Source of the DNA: an uncultured Rubrivivax sp.
GTDB lineage: Bacteria > Pseudomonadota > Gammaproteobacteria > Burkholderiales > Burkholderiaceae_C
Length of the DNA: 63,221 nucleotides
Assembly (NCBI GenBank): GCA_964477985.1
Contig: CAYZGL010000001.1
Location: forward strand, 1 to 63,221
Direction: 5' to 3'
The notes under the pieces were generated by a model that was given only the letters and a program-made list of their open reading frames with translations, did not search any database and was not told the DNA's origin. Positions 29,047-38,096 of the stretch are shown here, in pieces. Each line of letters begins with the position of its first letter. The stretch's first letter is position 1. The position numbers and the translations under genes were made by a program.

Positions 29047-29084
29047 GCATCTTAGCAGCGCCAGATGCAGCATCAAAGCATCAA
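29047..29084 (-). promoter_or_regulatory. vapBC promoter/operator, probably leaderless
   Basis: Minus strand TTGATG-16 bp-TAAGAT-6 bp-ATG; GCATCT-N10-AGATGC inverted repeat and two AGCATCAA direct repeats. Confidence 0.6.
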
Positions 29085-29246
29085 ACAGCGCCGTCCCACC
29101 TCGCACGCCGAAGCCGGCGCCGGGCCAGCGCGCGGCGCCGCGCTTCGCGCTTCGAGCTGCCAGCGCCGAGCGCCCGCCACGACGATGCGGCGGCTGCGCG
29201 GCGAGACCGCCGCGGCCGCCCTGACGCACGGCACCCATGCTCGCCG

Positions 29247-29264
29247 CCCCCCGCCAAGAGGGGG
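29247..29264 (+). promoter_or_regulatory. CCCCC-N8-GGGGG box upstream of the YCF48-like gene
   Basis: CCCCC CGCCAAGA GGGGG, then 21 bp, then CAGAAT (29286-29291). Confidence 0.7.
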
Positions 29265-29368
29265 CCCTGGGCGCACCGCGCTGTCCAGAATTCTTCCCAC
29301 GGTCCGACCCTGCGCAGCCTCGGCGCGCAAGCCCCTCAACCCCACGGGCCGCAGCACGGGAGACAACG

Positions 29369-30451
29369 ATGTTCAAACCTGCCCTCGCCGCGGCGCTGGC
29401 CCTGGTCTGCGCCGTCGCCGCAGTGCGGGCCGCCGCACCCGCCGACCCGTGGCGCGACGTGCTCGACGTGCCGGCGGCGGCCAGCCCGCTGGCGCAGCGC
29501 GCATTGATCAACGGCATCGCGCAAGCCGGCGAGCGCCTGGTCGCGGTCGGCCAGCGCGGCCATGTGCTGCTGTCCGACGACCAGGGCAAGAGCTGGCAGC
29601 AGGCCAAGGTGCCTGCCAGCTCCGACCTGGTGGCGGTGGCCTTCGCCACGCCCACGCAAGGCTGGGCGGTGGGCCACGACGGCATCGTGCTGCGCAGCGA
29701 CGATGCCGGCGCCAGCTGGGCCCGCGCGCTCGACGGCCGCCAGGCCGGCGCGGCGATGCTCGACTTCTACCGCCGCGAGGCCGCCAGGCTGGTCGACGAG
29801 AAAGCCTCCGCCGCGCTGCTGCAGGAAGCCGAGCGCTTCGCCGCGCAGGGGCTGGAGAACCCCTTCCTCGACGTCGCGTTCGAGAACGCGTCGACCGGCT
29901 GGCTGGTCGGCGCCTTCGGCCTGATCTTCCGCACCACCGACGGCGGTGCCAGCTGGCAGCCCATGCTGCATGCCACCGACAACCCGAAGGCATTGCACCT
30001 GTACGCGGTGCGCGTGGTCGGCGGCAAGGTCTACGTCGCCGGTGAACAAGGGCTGCTGCTCGAGCTCGACCGCGCCAGCGACCGCTTCCGCACGGTCGAA
30101 CTCCCGTACAAGGGCACGCTGTTCGGCATCACCGGCACCAAGCGCGCGCTGCTGGTGCACGGCCTGCGCGGCACGCTGCTGCGCAGCATTGACGCCGGGC
30201 GCAGCTGGCAGGCGGTGGACACCGGCTTGCAGGTCGGCCTGACCGCCAGCCACACCGATGCGCAAGGGCGCATCGCCATCGCCAGCCAGGCCGGCCACGT
30301 GCTGATCAGCCGCGACGACGGCGCCAGCTTCGCGCCGGTCAAGCTCGACCCGCCGCTGCCGGCCGCGGCCGTGGCGCTGGTCGGCCCCGCGGCCATCGTC
30401 ATCGGCGGCCCGCGCGGCCTGGCGCCCGCGGCGCTGCCGGCGCAGCCCTGA
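29369..30451 (+). CDS. YCF48/BNR-repeat beta-propeller periplasmic protein
   Basis: Signal peptide; repeated SDDQGKSW, SDDAGASW, TTDGGASW and SIDAGRSW Asp-box repeats. Confidence 0.88.
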   Translation: MFKPALAAALALVCAVAAVRAAAPADPWRDVLDVPAAASPLAQRALINGIAQAGERLVAVGQRGHVLLSDDQGKSWQQAKVPASSDLVAVAFATPTQGWAVGHDGIVLRSDDAGASWARALDGRQAGAAMLDFYRREAARLVDEKASAALLQEAERFAAQGLENPFLDVAFENASTGWLVGAFGLIFRTTDGGASWQPMLHATDNPKALHLYAVRVVGGKVYVAGEQGLLLELDRASDRFRTVELPYKGTLFGITGTKRALLVHGLRGTLLRSIDAGRSWQAVDTGLQVGLTASHTDAQGRIAIASQAGHVLISRDDGASFAPVKLDPPLPAAAVALVGPAAIVIGGPRGLAPAALPAQP

Positions 30452-30479
30452 CCCTTCGCAGACTTCACACCCCACGACC

Positions 30480-32927
30480 ATGCACGTCTCCACCACCAAC
30501 GACCAGCCCTTGCCGGGCGGCCTCGACGCCTTCGATCCGAACACCGGCTCGCTGCTGGAGCGGCTGGTGTTCAACCACCGCCGCGCGGTGATCGTGCTGT
30601 GCGCACTGATCACGCTGGCGCTGGGCTTCCTGGCCGCAACGAGGTTGACGCTGAACGCCAGCTTCGAGCGCATGCTGCCGCTCAGCCACCCCTACATCCA
30701 GAACTACCTGGAAAACCGCAACGAGTTGCGCGGCCTGGGCAACGCGCTGCGCATCGTCGTCGCCAACCCCGGCGGCGACATCTACGACCCCAAGTACCAG
30801 GACACGCTGCGCAAGATCCACGACGAGCTGGTGCTGACGCCCGGCGTGGACCGCGCCTGGGTCAAGTCGCTGTGGTCGCCGGCGGTGCGCTGGACCGAGG
30901 TCACCGAAGAGGGCTTCCGCGGCGGCCCGGTGATGCCCGACAACTACGACGGCTCGGCCAAGGCGACCGAACAGCTGCGCGGCAACATCGCGCGCTCCGG
31001 CATCGTCGGCAGCCTGGTCGGCAACGACTTCAAGTCGAGCATGATCGTCGTGCCGCTGCTCGACAGGGACCCGAAGAGCGGCCAGCGCATCGACTACCGC
31101 GCGCTGTCGCAGCAGATCGAGAGCATCCGCGCCAAACACGAGCAGGTCAGCGAAGGCAAGCCGGCGGCGGTGAAGATCCACGTCATCGGCTTCGCCAAGC
31201 TGGTGGGCGACCTGATCGATGGCTTGCTGCGCGTCGCGCTGTACTTCGCCTTCGCCGCCGTGGTGGCCGCGGCCATCATCTACTACTACACGCGCTGCGT
31301 GCGCAGCACGGTGCTGGTGCTGGGCTGCTCACTGGTGGCGGTGCTGTGGCAGCTGGGGCTGGTGGCGGCCTTCGGCTTCGAGATCGACCCCTATTCGATC
31401 CTGGTGCCCTTCCTCGTCTTCGCCATCGGCGTGAGCCACGGCGCGCAGAAGATGAACGGCATCATGCAGGACATCGGCCGCGGCGCGCACAAGCTCGTCG
31501 CCGCGCGCTACACCTTCCGCCGCCTGTTCCTGGCCGGGCTCACCGCGCTGCTGGCCGACGCGGTGGGCTTCGCGGTGCTGATGGTGATCGACATCCCGGT
31601 GATCCAGGACCTGGCGCTGACGGCCAGCATCGGCGTGGCGGTGCTGATCCTGACCAACCTGATCCTGCTGCCGGTGCTGCTGTCCTATGTCGGCGTCAGC
31701 CCGGCCGCCGCGGCGCGCAGCCTGCGCGGCAACGACATGGCGCCGCGCGGCCTGAACCGCATCTGGGGGTTGCTCGAGCGCTTCACCGAACGGCGCTGGG
31801 CCACGGCCGCGGTGCTGGGCTCGGCGCTGCTGCTGGGCTTCGGCGTGCTCGCCAGCACGCAGCTGAAGATCGGCGACCTCGATCCCGGCGCCCCCGAGCT
31901 GCGCGCCGACTCGCGCTACAACCGCGACAACGCCTACATCACCGCCCACTACGCGCTGTCCAGCGACCCCTTCGCGGTGATCGTCAAAACCGCCAAGGAA
32001 GGCTGCCTGAAGTACGAGACGCTGGTCGAGGCCGACCGGCTGAGCTGGGCGCTGCAGCAAGTGCCGGGCGTGCAGACCACGGTGGCGCTGCCCGACGCGG
32101 TGCGCCGCATCACCGCCGGCAGCTTCGAAGGCAGCCCGAAGTGGCTGACCATCGCGCGCAACCAGGACGTGCTGAACTACGGCGCGCAGCAGGCCAGTGT
32201 CAACAACCCCGACCTGTTCAACACCGAGTGTTCGGTGATGCCGGTGATCGCCTACCTGGCCGACCACCGCGCCGAAACGCTGGACCGCGTGGTGCGCTCC
32301 AGCGCCGAGTTCGCCGCCGCGCACAGCACGCCCGAGCGCCGGTTCCTGCTTGCCGCAGGCAGCGCCGGCATCGACGCCGCCACCAACATCGTGGTGCGCC
32401 AGGCCTGGACGCAGATGCTGCTGCTGGTCTACGCGGCCGTCACCGTGCTGTGCTTCATCACCTTCCGCAGCTGGCGCGCGGTGGTCGTCGCGATCGTGCC
32501 GCTGGTCGTGACCTCGTTCCTGTGCGAGGCACTGATGGTGGCCTTGGGCATCGGCGTCAAGGTGGCGACGCTGCCGGTGGTGGCGCTGGGCGTGGGCATC
32601 GGCGTGGACTACGCGCTGTATCTGCTGAGCATTCAGCTGGCGCAGCAGCGCGTCGGCGTGCCGCTGCGCGAGGCCTACCGGCGCGCGCTGCAGTTCACCG
32701 GCAAGGTGGTGGTGCTGGTGGGGGTGACGCTGGCCGCCGGCGTGGTCACCTGGGCCTTCTCGCCGATCAAGTTCCAGGCCGACATGGGCATCCTGCTGGC
32801 GTTCATGTTCGTGTGGAACATGGTCGGCGCGGTGATCCTGATCCCGGCGCTGTCGCACTTCCTGCTGCCCGGCGGGCTGCAGGCGCGGCAGGCGCGCCCG
32901 GCCGTCGGCGCGGCTGCGGCGGCCTGA
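30480..32927 (+). CDS. RND/MMPL family transporter
   Basis: Two periplasmic domain plus TM halves; FAIGVSHG and GVGIGVDY motifs; typical partner of DUF1302/DUF1329/YCF48. Confidence 0.9.
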   Translation: MHVSTTNDQPLPGGLDAFDPNTGSLLERLVFNHRRAVIVLCALITLALGFLAATRLTLNASFERMLPLSHPYIQNYLENRNELRGLGNALRIVVANPGGDIYDPKYQDTLRKIHDELVLTPGVDRAWVKSLWSPAVRWTEVTEEGFRGGPVMPDNYDGSAKATEQLRGNIARSGIVGSLVGNDFKSSMIVVPLLDRDPKSGQRIDYRALSQQIESIRAKHEQVSEGKPAAVKIHVIGFAKLVGDLIDGLLRVALYFAFAAVVAAAIIYYYTRCVRSTVLVLGCSLVAVLWQLGLVAAFGFEIDPYSILVPFLVFAIGVSHGAQKMNGIMQDIGRGAHKLVAARYTFRRLFLAGLTALLADAVGFAVLMVIDIPVIQDLALTASIGVAVLILTNLILLPVLLSYVGVSPAAAARSLRGNDMAPRGLNRIWGLLERFTERRWATAAVLGSALLLGFGVLASTQLKIGDLDPGAPELRADSRYNRDNAYITAHYALSSDPFAVIVKTAKEGCLKYETLVEADRLSWALQQVPGVQTTVALPDAVRRITAGSFEGSPKWLTIARNQDVLNYGAQQASVNNPDLFNTECSVMPVIAYLADHRAETLDRVVRSSAEFAAAHSTPERRFLLAAGSAGIDAATNIVVRQAWTQMLLLVYAAVTVLCFITFRSWRAVVVAIVPLVVTSFLCEALMVALGIGVKVATLPVVALGVGIGVDYALYLLSIQLAQQRVGVPLREAYRRALQFTGKVVVLVGVTLAAGVVTWAFSPIKFQADMGILLAFMFVWNMVGAVILIPALSHFLLPGGLQARQARPAVGAAAAA

Positions 32928-33016
32928 GCGACGCTGCGCATCGGCGGTTCGAGTGTCGGCCCGATGACGGGTGCACGCGGCGGCGGCGCCCCCACGCACC
33001 TGCACAATGTCGTCGC

Positions 33017-34186
33017 ATGATGCAAGCCTGCTGGCCCATCGGGCTGCTGGCGCTGACACTGGCGGCCACGGCCGCCGGGCAGCGCCCGCCGAGCGACGCG
33101 CCCATCCAGCCCGCGGCCGAAGGCAGCTCGCGCTTCATCGACCCCGACGACGGGCAGTTCGACCTGAGCTCGTTCCTCGAGAACCCGCGCGGCTTCCTGC
33201 CGATCCCGATCGTCATCACCGAACCCGCGGTCGGCTACGGCGGTGGTGTGGCCGGCATGTTCCTGCGCCCGCGGCACGAGGCGGGTCGCGAGGGCTGGGC
33301 CAGGCCGAACATCTCCGGCGCCGGGCTCTTCGGCACCGAAAACGGCACCTGGGGCGCGTTCGCCGGCGACGTCAGCCTGTGGCTCGACGGCAGGCTGAAG
33401 ACGCTGGCCGGCGCCGGCACCGGCCGCGCCAACCTCGACTTCTACGGCGCCGGCTTGCATCTGCCGCTGCTCGACCGGGGCGTGCGCTATTCGCTGCAGT
33501 TCAGCGGCGCCGTGGCGCAGGCCAGTTGGCAGCTGGCGCCGAAGTCGCCATGGTGGCTGGGGCTGCGCTACGTCTACGCCGACATCGACCCGACGCTGCG
33601 CGACGAGGCGCGCTTTCCCGGGCTGGCCGAGGCGGTGCGCGTCAAAGTCTCGGCGCCGACCGCGATCCTCGAATACGACAGCCGCGACAACGTCTTCACG
33701 CCGACCGAGGGCCTGTACGCCGAAACCTCGTACCTGGCGTCGCGGCGCTCGCTCGGCGCCAGCGACGACTTCGACCGTTTCCAGCAACTGCTCACCGGCT
33801 GGCTGCCGTTGCAGCCGCGGCTGACCTTCGGCGCCCGCGGCAACTATGCGTGGGCCTCGTCGGACACGCCCTTCTTCCTGCGCCCCTTCATCGTGCTGCG
33901 CGGCGTGCCCGCAGTGCGTTATCAGGGCGACCAGGCGGCGTCGGGCGAGGCCGAACTGCGCTGGCAGTTGCACGAGCGCTGGAGCGTGGTCGCCTTCGGC
34001 GGTGCCGGCGCCACGCGCACCAGCCGGCCCAACGATGTGCTGCGGCAAAGCGTGGGCAGCGGGGGGGCGGGCTTTCGCTACGAGCTGGCGCGCAAGTTCG
34101 GCCTGAACGCCGGCATCGACGTCGCGCACAGCCCCGGCACCACGGCCATCTACTTCGTCGTCGGCAACGCCTGGTTCAGGCCCTGA
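33017..34186 (+). CDS. BamA/TamA-type (Omp85) beta-barrel protein, no evident POTRA domains
   Basis: Signal peptide; PIVITEPAVGYG, YDSRDNVFTP, LRGVP..RYQG, GAGFRY; C-terminal aromatic. Confidence 0.75.
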   Translation: MMQACWPIGLLALTLAATAAGQRPPSDAPIQPAAEGSSRFIDPDDGQFDLSSFLENPRGFLPIPIVITEPAVGYGGGVAGMFLRPRHEAGREGWARPNISGAGLFGTENGTWGAFAGDVSLWLDGRLKTLAGAGTGRANLDFYGAGLHLPLLDRGVRYSLQFSGAVAQASWQLAPKSPWWLGLRYVYADIDPTLRDEARFPGLAEAVRVKVSAPTAILEYDSRDNVFTPTEGLYAETSYLASRRSLGASDDFDRFQQLLTGWLPLQPRLTFGARGNYAWASSDTPFFLRPFIVLRGVPAVRYQGDQAASGEAELRWQLHERWSVVAFGGAGATRTSRPNDVLRQSVGSGGAGFRYELARKFGLNAGIDVAHSPGTTAIYFVVGNAWFRP

Positions 34187-34298
34187 GGCCGACCGCGTCT
34201 GCCAGCCCATGCCGCGATGCGCCGCCGCCACCACCCGAATGGGTGCGCCCCGGAGCCGCAGCGCAGCCACGCAGACCCGTGGCGCAGCGCGCGGCGAA

Positions 34299-35459
34299 CT
34301 ATCCGCCGCCCTTCGGCCGGGGTTTGGGCGCGGCATCGCGCTCGCGCCCCGGGCCGTGCTCAGGCTGGCGGGGCTGCGCGTTCATGCCTGCCCAGCCCAT
34401 GAAGACCTGGTAGCCCAGCGCGAGCAGCGTTGCACCCACGAACATGCCCAGGATGCCCGCGGCGGCCATTCCGCCCAGCGCGCCGAGCAGGATCACCGGC
34501 ATCGGCGCGTCGACGCCGTGGCCCAGCATCAGCGGCTTCAGCACGTTGTCCATCAGGCCGCACACGGCCAGCAGCACGGTGTAGACCGTGGCCTCGGCCG
34601 TGCCGTAGCCGCCGCTGAGCCACAGGTAGGCGATGGCGGGCAGCGTGACCAGCAGCGCCGGCAGTTGCGCAATGCCCAGCACCAGCACGGCGATGGCGAG
34701 CACGCCGGCCCAGGGCACGCCGGCCACCAGCAGGCAGATGCCGATCAGCAGGGCCTGGATGAAGGCCACGCCGATGACGCCCTGCGCCACCGCACGGATG
34801 GTGCTCGTCGCCAGATGGGCGTACTCGACGCCGTGTTCCTCGTCGGCCAGGCGCGCGAAGATGGCGCGGCTGGCGCGATCGCCGCCCTCGCCGAAGGCCA
34901 TGACGATGCCGGCGACGATCAGCGCGCCGAGGAACTGCAGGATGCCGCCGCCGATGCTGGCGACCATCGCCAGCGCCCCCTTGGCCAGTTCGCCGATCTT
35001 CGGCTGCAGGCTGCGCACCAGCCCCGGCAGGTCGTCGTGGGCCGCCTGCCACACGCCGTGGACCCTGTCGCCGATCAGCGGCAGCTTCGATAGGCCCGGG
35101 CGCGGCGGGGGGATGCGCAACGTGTCCTGCTGCACGTCGCTGATCAGCTGGCGCACCGAATCGCCCAGCGAGCCCAGCAGCACGGCCGTGGGCACCACGA
35201 TCAGCACCACCGCCAGCACGGTGACCAGCACCGCGGCCAGGCCCTGCCGGCCTGCGATGCGCCGGGCAACAGCCTGGTGCAGCGGGTACATGGCGACGGC
35301 CAGGATCAGCGCCCACACGACCAGCACCAGGAACGGCGCCAGCACCCGGTAGCACAGGTAGGCCAGCAGCAGGATCAGCCCGGCGCGTATCAGCACGTCG
35401 AGCATGCTCCTGCTGGCCGGCGGACCCGGTGCCCGATCGGGCTTCACGGGCTGGTTCAT
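34299..35459 (-). CDS. AI-2E family transporter
   Basis: LAPFL..VVWALILAVAMYP, DNVLKP, GALGG...GILGMFVG. Confidence 0.85.
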   Translation of the reverse strand: MNQPVKPDRAPGPPASRSMLDVLIRAGLILLLAYLCYRVLAPFLVLVVWALILAVAMYPLHQAVARRIAGRQGLAAVLVTVLAVVLIVVPTAVLLGSLGDSVRQLISDVQQDTLRIPPPRPGLSKLPLIGDRVHGVWQAAHDDLPGLVRSLQPKIGELAKGALAMVASIGGGILQFLGALIVAGIVMAFGEGGDRASRAIFARLADEEHGVEYAHLATSTIRAVAQGVIGVAFIQALLIGICLLVAGVPWAGVLAIAVLVLGIAQLPALLVTLPAIAYLWLSGGYGTAEATVYTVLLAVCGLMDNVLKPLMLGHGVDAPMPVILLGALGGMAAAGILGMFVGATLLALGYQVFMGWAGMNAQPRQPEHGPGRERDAAPKPRPKGGG

Positions 35460-37420
35460 CAGCGCGTTCCTCGAGCGTTGTCTGCCACCCCGGCCGCCTC
35501 GCACACGCGCAGCAGCTCGGGCACCGTGCGCACGCCGATCTTGTCCATCACGCGGCCGCGGTGCTGCTTGACGGTCTGCTCGGCGATGGCCAGGTCGGCG
35601 GCGATCTGCTTGTTCAGCCGGCCGCGGATCACGTGCGCCATGATCTCGCGCTCGCGCGCCGACAGCCGGCCGATGCGTTCGCGGCTGGCCTCGCGTTCGG
35701 CCCCAAGGCGCCGCTCGGCAGCGTTTCGCTGCAGGGCCTTGCGCACGGCGGCGATCAGGGCTTGGTCGTCGGCCGGCTTGACCAGATAGTCCACGGCACC
35801 CAGCTTCATCGCCGCGACGCCGGACTCGGCATCGCTGTCGCCGCTGAGGAACACCACTGGCGGTGCAGCGTCTTCTTGCCGCAGCTGCTGCAGCAGTTCC
35901 AGGCCCGAGCGGCCCGGCATGCGGTGGTCGAGCACGAGGCACTCGACCTGGGCGAGGCAGGCGCCGGCAAGGAACTCGTCGGCCGAAGCGAAGGCTGCCA
36001 CCTGCCAGCCCGCCGCGGCGAACAGCCGGCCGAGGCTTTCGCGCACCGCGGCGTCGTCGTCGACCACGGCCACCACCGGCGCGTCCGCGGCCGGCGCGCT
36101 TTGCGGCGCCGGCCCCTCGGCCGCAGCCAAGGCTGCAGGCGCGGCGGCGGCGCGCGGCAGCTCGAAGCGCAGCGTCACGCCGCGATCGGCGTTGGGCAGC
36201 AGCTCGATGCGCCCGCCGTGCGCCTGCACGATCGAGCGGCAGATCGGCAGCCCGAGCCCCAGGCCTTCGCCGCGCGCCGTCCAGAACGGCTCGAACACCG
36301 CGTCGCGGTGCTCGGGCGCGATGCCGGGGCCGCGGTCGCCCACCGCCACCACCACGCGGCCGTGGCCTTCGTCGGCCACCGCGACCCGCAGCACGCGCTG
36401 CTCGCGCGGGCAGGGCTGCATCGCCGCGGCCGCGTTCATCACCAGGTTGAGCGCCACCTGCTCGATCTGCGCCTTGTCCGCGATCGCCCAGCAGCCGCTC
36501 GCCAGCTCGGCCTCGACGCGCACGCCGCGGTCCCGCAGTTCCACCGCCAGCAACTGCAGCACTTCGCGCAGCGTGGCCGCGACGTCGATGCGCTCGCGCT
36601 GCATGTCGTGCGGGCGCAGCAGCGCGCGCATCGAGCGGATCGTCTCGGCCGCGCGCTTGTCGTCGCGCACCACCGCCTGCAGGATGGCGCGCATCTCGCC
36701 GCGCTTCGGTTCGCCGCGCTCGAGATAGGCGAGCCCGGCCTGCGCGTTGCTGAGGATGGCCGCCAGCGGCTGGTTCAGCTCGTGCGCGATGCCGGCGCCG
36801 AGCGCTGCGATGCGCGCCACGCGGTCGACGTGCCAGAGCCGGCCGCGCAGGCGCCGCGCCTCTTCTTCGGCGCGGGTGCGCGCGATGGCGCCGGCGATCA
36901 GTTCGCCGATGATCTTCAGGCGCGTGATGGCCGGCTCGGGCCAGGGGTGGGCGCGGCGCAGCCCGCCGAAGGACAGGGCCCCGACGATGCGGCCGCCGAC
37001 ACGCAGCGGCAGCGACAGGTGCGAACGCAGCCCGATGCGCCGGCAGCGTTCGGCGTCGACCGTGGCCTGCGCCGGCAGCCCGTGCGGCAGATCGGGCAGC
37101 GCGACGACGCACCCGGCGCGGATCTGGCCGATCACCCAGGGTTCGACGCCGTTGCGCGGCCCGCGCGGCAGCGGCTCCAGGCCGGCGGCGGCCACCGAGC
37201 GCACCACGCTGAAGCTGCCGTCGGGCACGAATTCGCCGTAGGTGCAGCGGTCGTAGCCGAGGCGCGCCACGAGCTGCGCCAGCGCGGCCTCGACTTCGGC
37301 TTCGATGCCGTCGATGCCGGCGTTGGCCAAACGCAGCGACAGCTCGGCGAGCAGCGCTTCGAAACCGGCGCCGGCGTCGGGCGCGCCGCGGTCGTCGTTC
37401 GATGGCCCTGTCGTGTGCAT
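35459..37420 (-). CDS. Fused GAF - histidine kinase - receiver - LuxR HTH protein (start may be 37453)
   Basis: IAHELNQPL H-box; NLVMNA, D.GPGI and GLGLGL boxes; VVDDD...LDHRMP...KP receiver; LSAREREIM...NKQIA...TVKQHR HTH, all in one frame. Confidence 0.85.
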   Translation of the reverse strand: MHTTGPSNDDRGAPDAGAGFEALLAELSLRLANAGIDGIEAEVEAALAQLVARLGYDRCTYGEFVPDGSFSVVRSVAAAGLEPLPRGPRNGVEPWVIGQIRAGCVVALPDLPHGLPAQATVDAERCRRIGLRSHLSLPLRVGGRIVGALSFGGLRRAHPWPEPAITRLKIIGELIAGAIARTRAEEEARRLRGRLWHVDRVARIAALGAGIAHELNQPLAAILSNAQAGLAYLERGEPKRGEMRAILQAVVRDDKRAAETIRSMRALLRPHDMQRERIDVAATLREVLQLLAVELRDRGVRVEAELASGCWAIADKAQIEQVALNLVMNAAAAMQPCPREQRVLRVAVADEGHGRVVVAVGDRGPGIAPEHRDAVFEPFWTARGEGLGLGLPICRSIVQAHGGRIELLPNADRGVTLRFELPRAAAAPAALAAAEGPAPQSAPAADAPVVAVVDDDAAVRESLGRLFAAAGWQVAAFASADEFLAGACLAQVECLVLDHRMPGRSGLELLQQLRQEDAAPPVVFLSGDSDAESGVAAMKLGAVDYLVKPADDQALIAAVRKALQRNAAERRLGAEREASRERIGRLSAREREIMAHVIRGRLNKQIAADLAIAEQTVKQHRGRVMDKIGVRTVPELLRVCEAAGVADNARGTR

Positions 37421-37473
37421 CTGCGCTGCGCTGGTCTGCCCGGCGGCGAGCATACGGGCAATCCCCTGCGGGG

Positions 37474-37878
37474 TCAGCGTCCCATGGCGCTTGCGTCACG
37501 CGCCTCGGTGCGCATCACCCAGGCGATCGAATCGAGCAACGCTGCGGCGTCCACCGGCTTGCGGAAGAAGGCCATCGCGCCCATGGCGCGCGCCATCTGC
37601 CGCGTCGCCGGGTCGTCGTCGGGCGACAGCGCGATGATCGGCATGGCCTGGGCCGCGGCGCGCAGCTGCGCCCAGGGCCCGGGCTCGCAGGTCATCAGGT
37701 CCGACACGTCGACCAGCGCGCAGGCGCGGCGCCCGGCCGGCCCCCGGCGCAGGAAGGCGGCAGTGGATTCGCAAGGCCGCGCCTCGAGGCCGGCAGCGTC
37801 CACCAGCCGGGCCAAGCCCTGGCGCACCGAGACATCGGCATCGACGAGGTAGACCACGTCGCGGGATCGCTTAGGCAT
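37474..37878 (-). CDS. Single-domain response regulator (receiver only)
   Basis: VYLVDAD, ALVD, ALS and FFRKP; no output domain. Confidence 0.75.
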   Translation of the reverse strand: MPKRSRDVVYLVDADVSVRQGLARLVDAAGLEARPCESTAAFLRRGPAGRRACALVDVSDLMTCEPGPWAQLRAAAQAMPIIALSPDDDPATRQMARAMGAMAFFRKPVDAAALLDSIAWVMRTEARDASAMGR

Positions 37879-37962
37879 GTCGCCCCCTTTTGCTGCACCA
37901 GGCTGCGTCGTGGAAGCGGTGCGCTCGGGCCGAACACTAGTGCGAAGCGCCGGCGCGGTGAA

Positions 37963-38027
37963 TCCTACTTTGGTCGGAGCGGCCGGCCGGCTCGCGCGGC
38001 AGCGCCGCAAGTCCTACCTTCGTACGA
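37963..38027. promoter_or_regulatory. Two imperfect TCCTAC-N4-GTAGGA palindromes in a divergent promoter region
   Basis: TCCTAC TTTG GTCGGA (37963-37978) and TCCTAC CTTC GTACGA (38012-38027). Confidence 0.55.
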
Positions 38028-38096
38028 TTCCCCGCCGAGTTCGCTTCTGGGATAAACCGTCGGCGCGGTGCGCCTCATTGCACCGCAGGGGAAGCG

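Noticed and set aside
32985-33008. GGCGCCCCCACGCA...CACAAT resembling the DUF1302 promoter half-site
   Set aside because: The G-rich half is missing and spacing is wrong; probably chance in GC-rich DNA
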